DNA of 61,241 nt, counting the filler, from Thelocarpon superellum (lineage: Eukaryota), in the NCBI GenBank assembly GCA_026025795.1. It is 6 parts of 6 records of this genome, joined end to end, with 100 filler letters (N's around TTAATTAATTAA, not from the genome) between each part and the next. Parts side by side here need not be neighbours in the genome. Positions count along the whole stretch, not along the records: positions 20,533 to 30,671 come from JAPEUG010000539.1; positions 30,772 to 40,875 come from JAPEUG010000540.1; 4 more parts are not named here. One strand, given 5' to 3'. The notes under the pieces were generated by a model. It was not told the origin of the DNA. It worked only from the letters and a program-made list of their open reading frames with translations, and did not search any database. Both the position numbers and the translations under genes were made by a program. How positions within the stretch are numbered: the first letter of the stretch is position 1; every line of letters begins with the position of its first letter. Below are positions 23,217-36,097 of the stretch, in pieces.

Positions 23217-26200
23217 CTACGTGATAAACACCTGGACGACGGCCTCGTTGCTCCACGCCGAACTGAGGCCCATCTCCGTCCACGCGGCATCGACATCGAT
23301 CTCGAGGACCTTGGCGTCGTCCTCCTTAGCCTTCCGCACCGTATGGAGCGGCACTACGCGGCCTTCCATCACCACCAGAAACTGCTCCTCGATTGACAGC
23401 GTCGGCAGCGTGGAGATGTACACGCCTAACACGCCGAGTGCCTTGAGCGTCATGGTCAAATGGACGCGCGCGAAGTTCTGCGTGCTGGCCGTGGCGTGGA
23501 GGCTGGTCGGGACCGAGGTGTTGGTCTGAGTTGAGTAGCTGACTACGGCTGCTGCGCCGGTCATTTTGCCCAAGAGACCGAGCACGGCGATATGCGTTGC
23601 CTGGTCGTTTCCGTCGTCGGAAGATGCGGGGCTCTGGTGCGTCTGTATCGGATACGCTGAGAGTATCTCCCAACCCGTCACGGGCACGTCGACAGTCACG
23701 AGCGGCAGAGGCGCATCAAGGCGCAAGACGCGACTGATGAGGCCGCTCGAGTGAGCGCGGACGACGTAGGCTTGGTCGGCTACGACGCCTGGAAACTCGT
23801 CGAGGCGCATCAGCTCCGTCAGGGCCGACTGGCTGACGTTGAACAGGCCGACGATGCCGGTCCCGCTTTGCTGCATACCCGTGTACGTCCCAATCTTAAC
23901 CAGGCGCGGCTCGTCGTAGCTGATGTACGCCTGCGTCGTCTTGCCGATGTTCGGCCGCATTATGACCGTGTTGCCGCGCGTCGTGCGCGCCGTCATCTGC
24001 GTGATGAGGCTGATGTCGTGCTCTCCTGGCACATCAGTGATGTAAATCGGGCCGCCGGAGATGCAGCGCGCCGCGGCATGGAACGCCGCCCACGGGTGCG
24101 ACGTCTGGAACATGTCCCAGTCCGGGAGCAGGTTTAGGTGCTGGGTTAGGAGCGAGTTGTGCGCGTTGCAGAAGATGTGCCATGGATGGCTGGCGGGCAC
24201 GTCGGGGAAGAAGTCTACGGGTTGGTCTGCGGTCAGTTCGGTCTTCGATGCGCGAGCATGCCAACCTACCATCCGAATTGCGCACCATGAAGCGCGGCTT
24301 GTTGGTCGGGAGTTGCGTGTGGAACAGGATCTGTGGTGCTTGCGACATGCCTTTGATGGTCAGTGATGTTCTCTTTGGAGATCTCAGGCCGCCTCACAGG
24401 AGATGGCTTTGATCGAAAACCAGCGCAGACTGCTGATCGTCCATGCGTCCTGGTATGTCGTGATCAGACGTCGTCGATCATCCGCGTCTTCAAGATCGTC
24501 AATGAAGAACTGCGCATCGGTCTTGACCGAGTCGATGCCGGAATAATACAAAAACCTACCGCGTCGTCAGTGCTTCTCTGAGAACGGCACGTATGGGAGC
24601 TCACCGGTAAAAGTCGTCGTAGAACTGCGGAACATCGTTCTTGTCAATCACCTTGATTGTCCCCCCTGGCGGCCGAATGCCCTTCTTCAAGAGCACGTCA
24701 ATGGTCTTGTACTTTGCACTGAGCTTGCTGTTCGGCGCGATGCCACCCCAATATCCAAGCTAGTCGGGTTAGTCGACACATTCAATCTGGTCTGGAGATA
24801 CTCCTACCAACGCGTGCCAGACGGCGATATGCTTGAGATCCTTGTGCTCCTCGCGGATCTTGGAGATGGTACTCTTCAATCCGTTGGGGAAGCCTTCGAC
24901 GTTGGCTTCGAAGTCAGCCCACCCCCGTCGAAACTGAGAATCCTCGTTCATATCCTATGAGGAATTAGCGTCTGAAAGGGTGTCTCGGATTGATAATGCC
25001 CACCAAAGACTGCCAATTGTCGTCGATGATCAGGTTTGTGACTGCAAAGAAGTCGTGAGCGAGGGGCGAGGCAAGGCGGACACGTCCCCGTACTCTGGAT
25101 ATTGGACTTCTGTAGAGATCGAAGCGCCTCTAGGATCTTCGACTCCGACAAATTTTGGCCCAGGCCATTCCAGGTACAATAGGTCAATCCCTCGTACCAA
25201 TTCTCCATCCACTCGGGCTTCACCTTGTCTAGGCAGGCCTTGGTCTCGGCGACAATGTGTTCCATCTCAACGTCCACTTGTCGGACGATTCTTCGAGCCT
25301 GGTACATGACTGCCGCGACGGCCGCTTCGTGGTTGCGCCCCACCGCAGCAACGATGCGGGCGGTGGCGGTGCTTTCGCTGTCATTCCGCGCTGACGCCAC
25401 GACATTGCCGTCTGCATCGGCCTTGAAGACAGAGACCACATCGCCGATTCCGCTCAGCGCGAGAAGCACCAGATGAAGGCCATCACGACGCAGGAAAGAG
25501 CAGAGGATAACGTCTTTGCTCGGGGTGAACTTTTCTCGACCGTGTTCAGGAGACAACCAAGGGTCCCAGTAGCGTACGATGGCCATCCAGTAGCCCAGGT
25601 CTTGGATCTGCCCGATCTTGATGTACTCCGTCTGCGAGTCTCGACCAGTCGCAGGACGCACGGGTGCCGTCACGTTCCATACCGTGGTGTCCGGCGCCTC
25701 GCTGATCTCCGGCTGGACCGTGACGGTACCGTCCATCCCCTTGATGTAGTATGGCAGATCGGTTGAGACTGCACCTTTTGGTTGATGGAAGAGCTCTCCA
25801 TCCGTTGAGTTGAGATGAGTATTAACCCACGACCAGGCCAGCGACGGACCCGCTCGAACCTTGATCGTAAAGCGAAGGGGACCGGGACTCGCCGGTCTGG
25901 TGGGCCAACGGCCCGCGTAATATCGGCGGTTTACATCGCTGCTCTCGAAGACTCCAAAAGAGGACTACCCGAAAGGTCAACGAACGTCTGAAGCGAAGAT
26001 GTGGAAGACTTTGGAGGTGCGCTGGAGGATGGACCGCGCAGAACTATGTAGGGGGAATCGAAGGCAGTAGTAAGAGGTGATTTCTTCTCACCACGGATGA
26101 TGAATCCTCCACCGGGCTCAGTTGTAATGACTCCCACGTTCCATCGGCGGCGAAATTATGCCACAGTGCCACCTCCCAGGACCGGGAGGTGGTGGAGGCC

Positions 26201-26353
26201 CGTGTCTCTAGAAGCACGGTGAAGGTTACCTAGTGGCAGATGTACATCAGTGTGTGACACTCCAAGCCCGAATCATTGTCTCACCCCATTGGCTTCAGCA
26301 GAGATCACAGTGGCCTGGTCGAGAGGTGGATCACAGATGATGCGCGTATACAT
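23217..26353 (-). CDS. GH36 raffinose synthase / Sip1-like alpha-galactosidase, about 9 exons
   Basis: YCTWNGLGQNL, LIIDDNWQSL, VWHAL|LGYWGG, VKTDAQ (nucleophile), RNSD|DFFP (acid/base), DWDMFQT, HAAARCISGGPIYITDVPG. Start inferred at MYTRIICDPPL. Confidence 0.88.
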
Positions 26354-26954
26354 GTCTGAGGGTGGTGCACGAGGAGGAATTGCTTTCTCTGGGGGACCTC
26401 GATACATTGTCCCGGGTTGAGGTTAAGAAAGGCCCGAGATAAGGAGTGGTTGGGGAAAATGTGGGCTGTCGAAGTCATGGACAGGGGACGGAAGGAGTTA
26501 GGTGAACGAAGGGGGAAATCGAACACGGGCGGGAGGGGTCATGCAGCACGTCATGTGGGTCGGAGAGTTGAAGCACCATTCCAGCCAAACGAATCACAAT
26601 GGATGCATCGTCAACGCCATCAAATCTTTCCGAATTTCTCATGTTTGCTCTGTGCTCCGGAGTAACCGGGAGCACCCCATTATCTTTGAGCTCGGGGGAC
26701 CGGGGGGAAGGACGTCCGACTGGGAGGTCCCGCGTTCGTGATTGGTCTGCAGCGGCGGCAGCAACCGGCTACGTCATCTTCGGAGGCAAGTGAACGCGAC
26801 AGGCACCAAGCAGCGGAAGCTTCTGGCTCGGGTATTACTGCCATTGCCACGACCAGCTCGCGTCGTCTCGTCGTACGTTTCTGCTCACGCGCCCGAAGAA
26901 ATCGATTCGTGCGGTGACCCGGAACATCATTGTTGTTCATCCATTTGTGGGCTC

Positions 26955-28818
26955 ATGCTTCCCTTCATTTGTTGCAGCTGTGCCCGGCGTGCAGCCATCG
27001 CAGCATCGCGGCATGCGGCTCGACCAACCAAGAGATGGATCTCGACGAGATATCTACAAAAAAAAGATGACGCAGAGATCGCATGGCAGAAGACGGCCGA
27101 GCCAATCCGACAATGCAAGAAACAGAGCATGTTGAGCAAGCTCGAGGAGCGAGGTTACGTAGATACCATTGCCGGGTACGATTACCCAGATTGGTCGGCA
27201 ACCTGATACTAATGATAGACGACAGGAACCGAGATGCCCTCGATCAACTCATGACGAACAAACGGATTGGTGCCTATGTCGGGATTGACCCTACCGCACC
27301 GTCCATGCATGTCGGACATCTGCTGCCCCTGATGACCCTTTTTTGGCTGTACGTGCATGGCTACCACGCCGTGTCGTTGGTGAGGGCGCGAGATCCAGAC
27401 ATCAAGCGGCGCCGACTGACCTCTTCCAGCTGGGTGGAGCTACGGCCAAAATCGGCGATCCCACCGGTCGACTGAAGTCGCGAGAGGACCAGGCATCGAC
27501 CGTGCGGAAAGCGAACATGGTTAGCATGCATTACCAGCTGAAGAAGCTCTGGGTCAACGTGGAGCAGTACGGTCGGCGACACGGATACGAGTGGGAATGG
27601 GCCTGGCATCGAGAGCTGGTGAACAACAACGCGTGGATGAATAAACTGCCCGCCATGGAACTGCTACAGGTCCTAGGGTCTGGCGTCCGCATCGGCACCA
27701 TGTTGGGCCGAGACACGTGAGTGGGTCCGGTGGGAGCTACGGCGCCTTCCCCGCCGCATGCTGATGTGTCGCGACGTGCCTCCAGCGTCAAGAACAAGAT
27801 GAACAACGGCGATGGCATGTCCTTTGCCGAATTCACATACCCAGTCTTGCAGTCGTGGGACTGGTGGTACATGTATCAGACCAAGGGCATCCAGCTGCAG
27901 ATCGGCGGGTCGGATCAGTTTGGTAATATCATCGCGGGCATCGACGCCGTCAAACACGTGGCCAAGCACCACCACAATCCCGACGTGCGCCAGGAGAAGG
28001 AAGACCCACTGATGCTACCTTACGGCTTCACCGTCCCGCTGCTCACCACAAGTGCCGGGCAGAAGTTTGGCAAGAGCGCGGGCAACGCCATCTGGCTGGA
28101 CAAGGACATGACGAGCTGCTTTGATCTGTACCAATTCTTTCTACGCTCGTCCGATATCGACGTCGAACGTTACCTCAAGCTCTTCACCTTCCTTCCCCTG
28201 GCCGAGATCGAGGCGGTCATGGCGCAGCATCAGGAGGATCCGTCGCAACGAAAGGCACAGCATCTGCTGGCGCGCGAATTCGTCGAGTTGGTCCATGGGG
28301 AGTCCGAGGCGGCGCAGGCGGAGCACCAGCACCGAGCCCTCTTCCGCAAGGCGCCCCTCCTCGTCGCCGCTAACCAGGCGGCCCGTCTCGCGGACGACCC
28401 AGCCGGCCCGTCCGCCGCGACCCCCACCACGGCGGCCAACGCGCCCGGCGTGCAGGTCACGCTCCCTCGCTCGCTTGTGATGAAGCAGTCGCCGGCCAAG
28501 ATCCTGCATGCCGCAGGAATGGTGGCGTCTCGGAGCGAGGGCCACCGGTTGTTGAACCAGGGCGGGGTGTATGTTGGGAGCCGGCCTGGCAAATCCGGGG
28601 TCATGGGCGATTCTGTCGATTTCACGCCCATGACGTTGTGGGAGCCGGTGGAGTCGGAGAAGTATCTGCTGGAGGGAGGGATCCTTGTGCTACGCGCAGG
28701 CAAGTGGAAGGTCAAGGTGATCAAGGTGGTGAGCGATGAGGAGTACAGCACGCTGGGGTTGCACGCACCAGGTTGGAGTGGTGGACATCCACCGACCACT
28801 GAGGAGACTACACCCTGA
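26955..28818 (+). CDS. MSY1: Mitochondrial tyrosyl-tRNA synthetase, 4 exons
   Basis: YVGIDPTAPSMHVGH (HIGH motif); GGATAKIGDPTGR; EFTYPVLQSWD; QIGGSDQFGNI; KFGKS (KMSKS motif); S4-like C-terminus LVLRAGK. Confidence 0.94.
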
Positions 28819-29051
28819 GACCCCGCTTACTATCATCTGCGCGCGTACCCCCGTGCATACTGTACATACCATTAAGATTCATAAAGGGAGAAGCGTGAAG
28901 GCACTATGTATCCCGACTAGAGAATACACCCCATACCAAGAAGCAAGCCTTTTGCATAAAAGGAGCTTATTGTTGTATCATGGTAGCATAACGCATGTCA
29001 TCACGCATGGTCCTGACACATGAATATCGAAGATTTATAGGAAGCGGAAGC

Positions 29052-29057
29052 AAAAAA
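29052..29057 (-). terminator. RNA polymerase III T6 terminator of tRNA-Phe
   Basis: TTTTTT on the minus strand immediately downstream of the discriminator base. Confidence 0.85.
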
Positions 29058-29058
29058 T

Positions 29059-29131
29059 TGCGGCTTGCCCGGATCGAACGGGCGACCTCCAGATCTTCAG
29101 TCTGACGCGCTCCCAACTACGCTAAAGCCGC
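29059..29131 (-). tRNA. tRNA-Phe (GAA), intronless
   Basis: GCGGCTT-TA-GCGT-AGTTGGGA-GCGC-G-TCAGA-CTGAAGA-TCTGG-AGGTC-GCCCG-TTCGATC-CGGGC-AAGCCGC-A. All four stems pair; 73 nt. Confidence 0.97.
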
Positions 29132-29441
29132 GGATGTGGAAGGGGTCGCTAATATGCAATATATACTACCGCGGCATAACCAGCCTGTGACAGTGATTGC
29201 TTTCTTTCCTTTGCCTCGGGCTTATATAGCACTCAGCAGAGTATCTCTTGGGATAAAAATGCATCAGCCGCTTACGACCAGTGTCCTCTGTGTCCCGACT
29301 CTGTATTTGTACTGCCCGGACCAAGCCCGGAAATTGCATTACTCGCAAAATTTAGGGCGGCGTAGGTGCCGGTGAGAGCTCACACTATGTTACGAGTTCT
29401 TGTCGTGGCGCACGGGCCAATGGGCTTTTGGTTGTGACGGA

Positions 29442-29482
29442 TTTCGCGTGTCGGACGCGCTAGGGCAACGACCAACGCGCGT
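29442..29482. promoter_or_regulatory. MCB/SCB-like elements upstream of MSH6
   Basis: TTTCGCGTG, ACGCGC and ACGCGCGT clustered about 150-190 nt upstream of the ATG; MSH6 is an MBF target in yeast. Confidence 0.45.
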
Positions 29483-29628
29483 ATCCCGAGAGGTTCCCCC
29501 ATATCCTCAGACCTGTGCCAGACAGGACCTTGGAGCTCCTGCCCCGAGTGCCGTCTGTATGTCGATGATGCATGCCTAAGTCGGTACTGCAACCCGTCCA
29601 GGTCAATTGATCCGCAAGAGCAACCACC

Positions 29629-30671
29629 ATGGCCAAAACCAACGGCCCTAAGCGCCAGTCTCCCAGTGGCCCCCCACCGTCGCTCCAGAAATCGACGTCC
29701 GGGTCACAGTCATCCATGAACCAGAAGTCCATTCTGGGCTTTTTCCAGAAATCATCCCATCTGCCCACGCGTACCCCCACGTCTCGTCCGACGCAGAGCC
29801 TAACACCGGCCGCCAGTAGTGATGCTCCAGAGCCCCCAACCTCCCCAGACAATGAGACGGGCGTGGGAGAGCGTGGTACGGCACAGCTTGGCTTACCGTC
29901 TCCCATCACCCCCGTCTCTGACTCGGGCGAAGTCAAGGAGGATCTGGCCACCCAGCGTCCAGCCACTCTCTTCTCCAGCAGCCCGTCGCGAAAGGTATAT
30001 GCCGGATAAGACGGATGCTGGCGTGTGCTGATAGAACGTGCGTAGGCAAAGAAAGCGATCAACTACGCCGAGTCGGCGGACGAGGAAGACGAGGATGAGG
30101 GCGAGATCTTCAAGCCCACGTGTGCCACGTCGGCGCGTAGCCGAGCCGCCAAACGTGCGAGACGGAGCACAGACGAGGACTCACTCGAAGACTTCGCTGC
30201 CGAGGAGATTGGGTCCGTAGATGAGGACGAAGGTTGGCCACAGTCTCCCCGCGTATCTTCTGTCGGGCCATACTTACCATGGTGATAGACTTGGATGACT
30301 TTATCGTCCCAGATGACTCGGACGAGGAGGTCCAGACGACGAAGAAGCGCAAGCGGCCCTCCAAAGGCGCCGCCTCCAAAGGCTCGGCTGCCAAGGTGAC
30401 CTCACGTCCCGTACGCGAGCCAGAAGACTCGGAAATGCCGACCGTGTCGGGCACTGCAAGTCAGTGGACGTACAATCCCGACGACGTGCAGCCATATCAA
30501 CCTCGGCCGGAGGGGGATCGGACGGCAGCCAAGCCCAAGGCGAATGACAAGAAGCACAAGCAAAAGGCCCACACGAGCGAGCCAGAACAGCGATACCCGT
30601 GGCTCGCCGACGTGAGAGACGCAGACAGGAACCCCCCGGGCCATGCTGACTACGACCCGCGCACCGTGTAC
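29629..30671 (+). CDS. MSH6: DNA mismatch repair protein Msh6, N-terminal part only (cut by contig edge)
   Basis: PIP box QKSILGFF; acidic disordered region with DDFIVPDDSDEE; PEQRYPWLADVRDADRNPPGHADYDPRTVY just before MutS domain I; two introns. Confidence 0.9.
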
Positions 30672-30771
30672 NNNNNNNNNNNNNNNNNNNNNNNNNNNNN
30701 NNNNNNNNNNNNNNNTTAATTAATTAANNNNNNNNNNNNNNNNNNNNNNNNNNNNNNNNNNNNNNNNNNNN
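30672..30771. other. Artificial contig linker
   Basis: N44-TTAATTAATTAA-N44. Confidence 0.99.
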
Positions 30772-31156
30772 GAATCTTGCTGTGACTTGTCGTTGTCTGG
30801 TAATATGTTGGGGAAGATCTTTCCGCCGTGTTGGACCAGATACCAAATCCCAAACGCCGCGCCTCCGGCTACCAGCAGGACAAGTACCAGGACCAGGACG
30901 CAGATCACTCTGGCTCGCTTTCGTTTCTTGTGCTGTCGATCCAGCCACGAGTCGCTGTTGGCCGTCAGCGGAGGTCCAAGGCGGGAATCGCGAGATAGAG
31001 GAGAGATACGTACCCAGGCTTGAGGGGTGGTCGGCTGCTGACGCTGGTGGGAGAAGAAGTGCCTTTCGAAGGCGATGGTGAAGTCATTGCATGCTCCTCC
31101 TGGTGCACGGCAATGGAGAAGCGATGCCAGAACGCTGGATCTTTGATGTTGGCCAT
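30772..31156 (-). CDS. Small single-TM membrane protein, uncharacterised, 3'-truncated
   Basis: MANIKDPAFWHRFSIAVHQEE...RPPLKP|..DSWLDRQHKKRKRARVICVLVLVLVLLVAGGAAFGIWYLV; one GT-AG intron with CTGAC branch; basic patch before the TM helix. Confidence 0.7.
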
Positions 31157-33057
31157 TGTGTGTGAAGAAAGAGGGGACGGCGGCCAAAGCTGAGGTCGAC
31201 GCGAACAGTTCCAGGCGAAAAGGAGGGAAAGTCGCACAGCGAAGGTCTGCTCGCGTGAGGGCGGTGGAACGGAGGTTGTCAAATGGGTCGAGGTCACAAT
31301 GGAGTGATAGTGCCGGTCAACGGAGAAAGATAGCAAGAGGGAACTCGGGCTCGATGAGGCCTGAAACTCCCCATGCGCTGACGGATGCGTCGCACGGAGC
31401 TCGAAGGGGACCCAAGCGCGTGATCAACGCGAGGCAGAGGGTGAGGCCCCGTTGGATCAGTCGAGACGAAGGATGGTCAAATACGGCGAGTGGTGAGCCC
31501 AGGTCAAGGCGCTATGGCGCACAGGACAATGCTCGTAGGCTGCAGAGAGTAGCCCCGCGAATCCTGACCGATCACACTCCTTCCGTCATGGGCAGGTAAG
31601 CATGACCTCTCATCTGCGAGGCGCCGGGGCTGCCAAGAAGCTGCGTCCGAACCTCGGAGACCGGAGACGTGTTCGAACAGCACGAACAATGGCCGCCACC
31701 AGGTTTGCACCTCGAGAGATCCTGGAGAGACACGGGAGCTTGCTGGCTGTGTCCTCGTAGCCGCCCGCAGATGCCGGAACGAATCCACCCGCATGTCAAG
31801 CGTGCGAGGGCGAGGTACTAGGTGCTCGAGGCGGTGGCGCGACCACGCCGCAGAAAACTAGGCTTGCCGGCTGAGCCACTACGAGCGGTAGTACCCTACG
31901 ACCGCTGCACCGTAGGAAGCCAACGACCGTTGCGAGAGAGGCGGGTACGCGCCGGCACGCTATCTCTGGTGGCCGGCTTAGGCGTGTTGGACGCGTTCAT
32001 GGTCGAATCCGCGCATGAAAGCGTGGGACCGGCGGAGATTACGGTGGGACCTTTGAGGCGGAATGGATGGCACGACAGGGTTTAGCCTGGATCTTGACAG
32101 CCATCGTCGCCAAACCCTGGCCCCTTTTGATTGGTCGCCGCACGGGCCTGGTGTAGGGTCGAGAATGTATGAAGCAGCTCCTGTCCAACCTCACCCCGAC
32201 CGTTCGCCTCGCCATTGGACCATAGTCACGCACCACGCGACCTCGAGGGTCTTGGATAGTCCCAAAATGGACCACAGGTGGCCCAGTCTGAGCCACAAGG
32301 ATGGGTGAGGCCCACGGGCAACTCCAGTCGCCGGGCGTGTCTGAATCAACCTGAATCAACCATCTCAGGGCTTCCTCGTTCAGCAAGGTCGGCGGCCGCT
32401 TAGCTGTTGTGCCACCGTTCGAGCATGAAGGTAGCAAGTCACTACCGTGAGCCACGGCTGCTAGTACAGACCCAAGCACTGTTCACTTGTGCAGGACCTG
32501 GTCATCAACACGGTCGCGGTAGTATAGCTAGTTTTCTTGTGGACAAGCAGTCATACAGCACTCCGCCGTAGATTTTCCAGAAGCGTATCTTGAAATTGAC
32601 GAGAGAACTCCTGTATGAGTGAGTACTCGTGGCAGTGGTGGTGGACGGCACAAGCGTTCGGGTCGGTGATAAACGACGTCGATCATTCAGCAGATCACCA
32701 GGGGCCAAGCGTTGGCCAGAGGGCAGCAACGTTCCGGTACAGGACGAGGGCGAGTTGCTCGTACCCGGTGGTTGGAGCCACCCCTACACTCTGTACTCGT
32801 ACTTCATACGAGTAATGCCGCCCCCCACGCCACGCTCTAGTTCCCGGCGGCTGCATCAACCCTAATAATGCCACGATGAATCCACTACCATTGCAGAATA
32901 GTCCCTTGTATAGTCTTTCCAACGCCGTCAGACGAGTAGACATGCTGACCCTCATGGAGCAAGAATTTCAAGCACTCCAAGCCGACCACCAGTTGAGAGG
33001 ACCATCGGATCACAATCCTGGCCGTGCCGCTCGATACCGGATGCTGCGGCCCTGGCA

Positions 33058-33924
33058 ATGTCCGCCTCCGCCGAACCATTCTGGCTCGTCAATGTGCCTC
33101 CCGATCAACGGCCATCAGAATGTCCCGACTTCCTCGTCAACGCGAATGCCAAGGACCGAGGAATCCTCAGTACTCCCGATGATCAATATCATGTGCTCTC
33201 GTGGCCGGAGGTGCAACATATCATTCGTAAGTCGTAGGCCGGTCTTTGCGCCGCCAGACAGCGTCATGCTCGGGAGCAGGGTTGATGCGCCTACGACGTC
33301 CCATAGGCACCAACCGCATCGACTTGTTTCAACGAGTACCGACGGACCTCCGGCGGTACCTGGCGTACACGTGGAAGTTGAAGAAGGAGTATGGCTCGGT
33401 CATGGCGTTTGTGTTGCAGGAGCGTCTCGGCTGGGCGGACCTTATCCCGAACGATCCTACCCCCTTTGGTGATTTATGTATGATTCAATCTATTCGGCAG
33501 CACATTGAGAGAGTCATTGACATTGGAGGGTGCAGCAGATATTAAGATCTTGTACAACGACTGGCCATACGGGATTGATCTCAAGATTGTCCATCTGGTC
33601 GTCTGGGTTAAGTTCGAGCTCGAAGATGATCCCGTCACGGACGACCTGACTTCCGAGGCAAGGGAACAGATTGATGACTACGTCCAACGGACTTTCTGCA
33701 CGAGGGTCGATCCTCAGCATGTGAGTAATCGAGCCTCTTGGCCTGTTCCCCCTCCCTTGCGTCACGATCCAATGCGGCTATAGGTCATCTGGTTCAAGAA
33801 TTGGAAGTCACTCAAGTCCATCCATGCCGCCGAACACTTCCACGTCATGCTGTACGATCCCGACCCAGGATTCGTTCGGGACATTACGAACAACGATGTT
33901 CCTTTGAGCGAAAAGGTGCAGTGA
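33058..33924 (+). CDS. DUF3605 (Gig1-like) protein, 4 exons
   Basis: FWLVNVP...[27 protein letters not shown]...|[21 protein letters not shown]...|[21 protein letters not shown]. Start codon uncertain. Confidence 0.82.
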
Positions 33925-33948
33925 CCGTGAAAGAGCCTTTTGAGGTGA

Positions 33949-35369
33949 TCAACGGTGTGGAAGCTCCCTTGCCAAGGACGAAAAGGCTCCGAGGAGATCG
34001 TCTCTAAGATCCTCCCAGCTCTCGACACCAACACTGATGCGCATCAAGGTCCGATCGCAACGAGCATCACTCATCGTGCGCCACTCGATCAGACTCTCCA
34101 CGCCGCCGAGACTCGTGGCATGATGGAAGAGGGAGAGCTTATAAGGCAGTTGGCGAGCGAGCAATTCGTTCTTCATCCAGATGGCGAAGACCGGTCCGTA
34201 CCCACGTGGCATCTGCTGCTGGAGCCAATCCATGTCCTTCGTCTGTAGTGATGCGTGTGCCACCCGCTGCACGACTTGTCGCGCCACCACCCCGTCTGCG
34301 ACGTTTGCGCTCGTGTCCTCCGGCGCGGTCCCCGTGGCCGTTGCCTCGGGCTGCAACAACGCATCGAGCCATTTGACCAGCGCACCGGCGTTCTCACTCT
34401 GCCGCTGCACGCGAAGCTCTAACGTCCGCAAGCTTCGCACCCCGAGCCACCCCTCGAGACTCCCCATCACACTGCCCAGGTAGCATCGCTCTTCCCATAG
34501 ACCCCTGAACCATTCCTCGCGCTCCACCGCCAGCACTCCGCAGAGCATGTCGCTGTGGCCTCCTAGATATTTGGTACCCGAATGCAGGACCATGTCCGCT
34601 CCCCAGGCGAATGGATTCTGCAGGCCTGGTGGCCCAAACGTCGAATCGACCAGCAGGTAGGCGCTTCGTGCGTGTGCCTTGGCAGCATAGGCTGCAATAC
34701 TGCTTGCTTCACCGGTTGGATTGAGTGGTGTCTCGAGGTGGATGACATCTCCAGGGTGCAGGTCCGAGGGGAGACAATCCAACGGAAGCTTCTTCAAGCC
34801 CGTGAGCTTCTCATGCAGAGCAACGACGCCATGGGAACCATGGTACCCATCGCCAATGCTCAGTCGGGCTGGCTTCAGGAACACCAAGGCGGCATGCAGC
34901 GCGGCAAGGCCGGACGAATACGTGAGTGCTCTTCCCCGCACCAGGGTGGAGAGCACTGCCTCCAACCGCGTAGTATTTGGGCTTGTGATTCTCGAATAGA
35001 CGTGCCGCTCTTCGGAGTCGACCTATGCATCTCTCAGACCCGTGGTTGATCTCTCGATCTCATCCTTTGCCCCATAAGACGTACGTCAATATCTGCCGCA
35101 GCTTTCAGACTCTCCGGCTCATCTGGGTAGCGGAAGGTGGTGGAGAGGTGCAGTGCAGGCGCCACGTCGTAGCTGAGCGCGAGATGGTCATCCGCGTGCA
35201 CCGCGAGGGTACTCGGAGCCAGTCGCGGTGTTTCATGTTGGACGTGCATGCGCTGTTCAAGCACATCGGTGCGTACGGGCAGTTTTGTTGTAGATGTGGT
35301 CTGCATTCTGCCATTGCTGTCGCCCTCGGGATGGGCGTCGCTACCACCGTTTGAGTGTGGATTGGACAT
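33949..35369 (-). CDS. PLP-dependent trans-sulfuration enzyme (cystathionine gamma-synthase/lyase family, YHR112C-like), 2 exons
   Basis: DVAPALHLSTTF; HVYSR; YSSGLAA; LETPLNPTG; VDSTF; HSGTKYLGGHSD (PLP Lys); ATSLGGVESLIE; RISVGVE. Confidence 0.9.
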
Positions 35370-36097
35370 CCTTCTAGACTGTTACGATTGTGTTCATCAG
35401 AACGTGAGATGGTTCTGACGGAGAACGGTCCATGACGGACGTGGGTAAAAATGTTACGTCACGACCAAAGGGACAATCAAGACGAGAGAAGCATGAATGA
35501 TGTTGAGTCTCGTGATTGAACTTCGGACTATTCAGAAACAACCGAATTATTCCATCCAACTATTCAGTCTGGAGTTACGCGCCCCCCGCGCATCAAGTCG
35601 GCGTGAGCAGGAATCACCTGGCTCAGTCCTAGAGATTGAACATGAGGGATTAGGTGATCATAACCCGAATGAAACTTAATTATGTCTCTTCCTGTCTCTC
35701 TGACTCCCCCAGTGAGACCAGACGCACATCCAACGATACCTGGGGCTCCCATTCTCCCCCGGACTCCAACCGGGCGCCGCAAGTGATGCCCGGCGCCACC
35801 GCCTCCTAAACCCGTTGAACGCATTACGAACGTCCACGAGAAGTGAACCCCCCAACTCCGACCACTCCGCTCTCATTATGGATATGATGACCAGAGACGG
35901 CCGCTCGCGCCCAAAATCAAATGAAAACAGACACCACCTGAGATGAAAATTCATACTTCGTATTCCCTGCACTCTGGCGTTCTGCTGGTTCTGCTTCGTT
36001 GCTGGAGAAGATTTTCTGCTCGCAAATCTCCAATCTGTCGCCGGAAGTGGAACGAGATGGGCGGAGGGCGAAGTGGGAAGAGCGTTGTGAAGGAGGT

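Noticed and set aside
28818..29131. Functional link between the tRNA and the adjacent tRNA synthetase gene
   Set aside because: The tRNA is cytosolic tRNA-Phe and the enzyme is mitochondrial TyrRS, so they are non-cognate.
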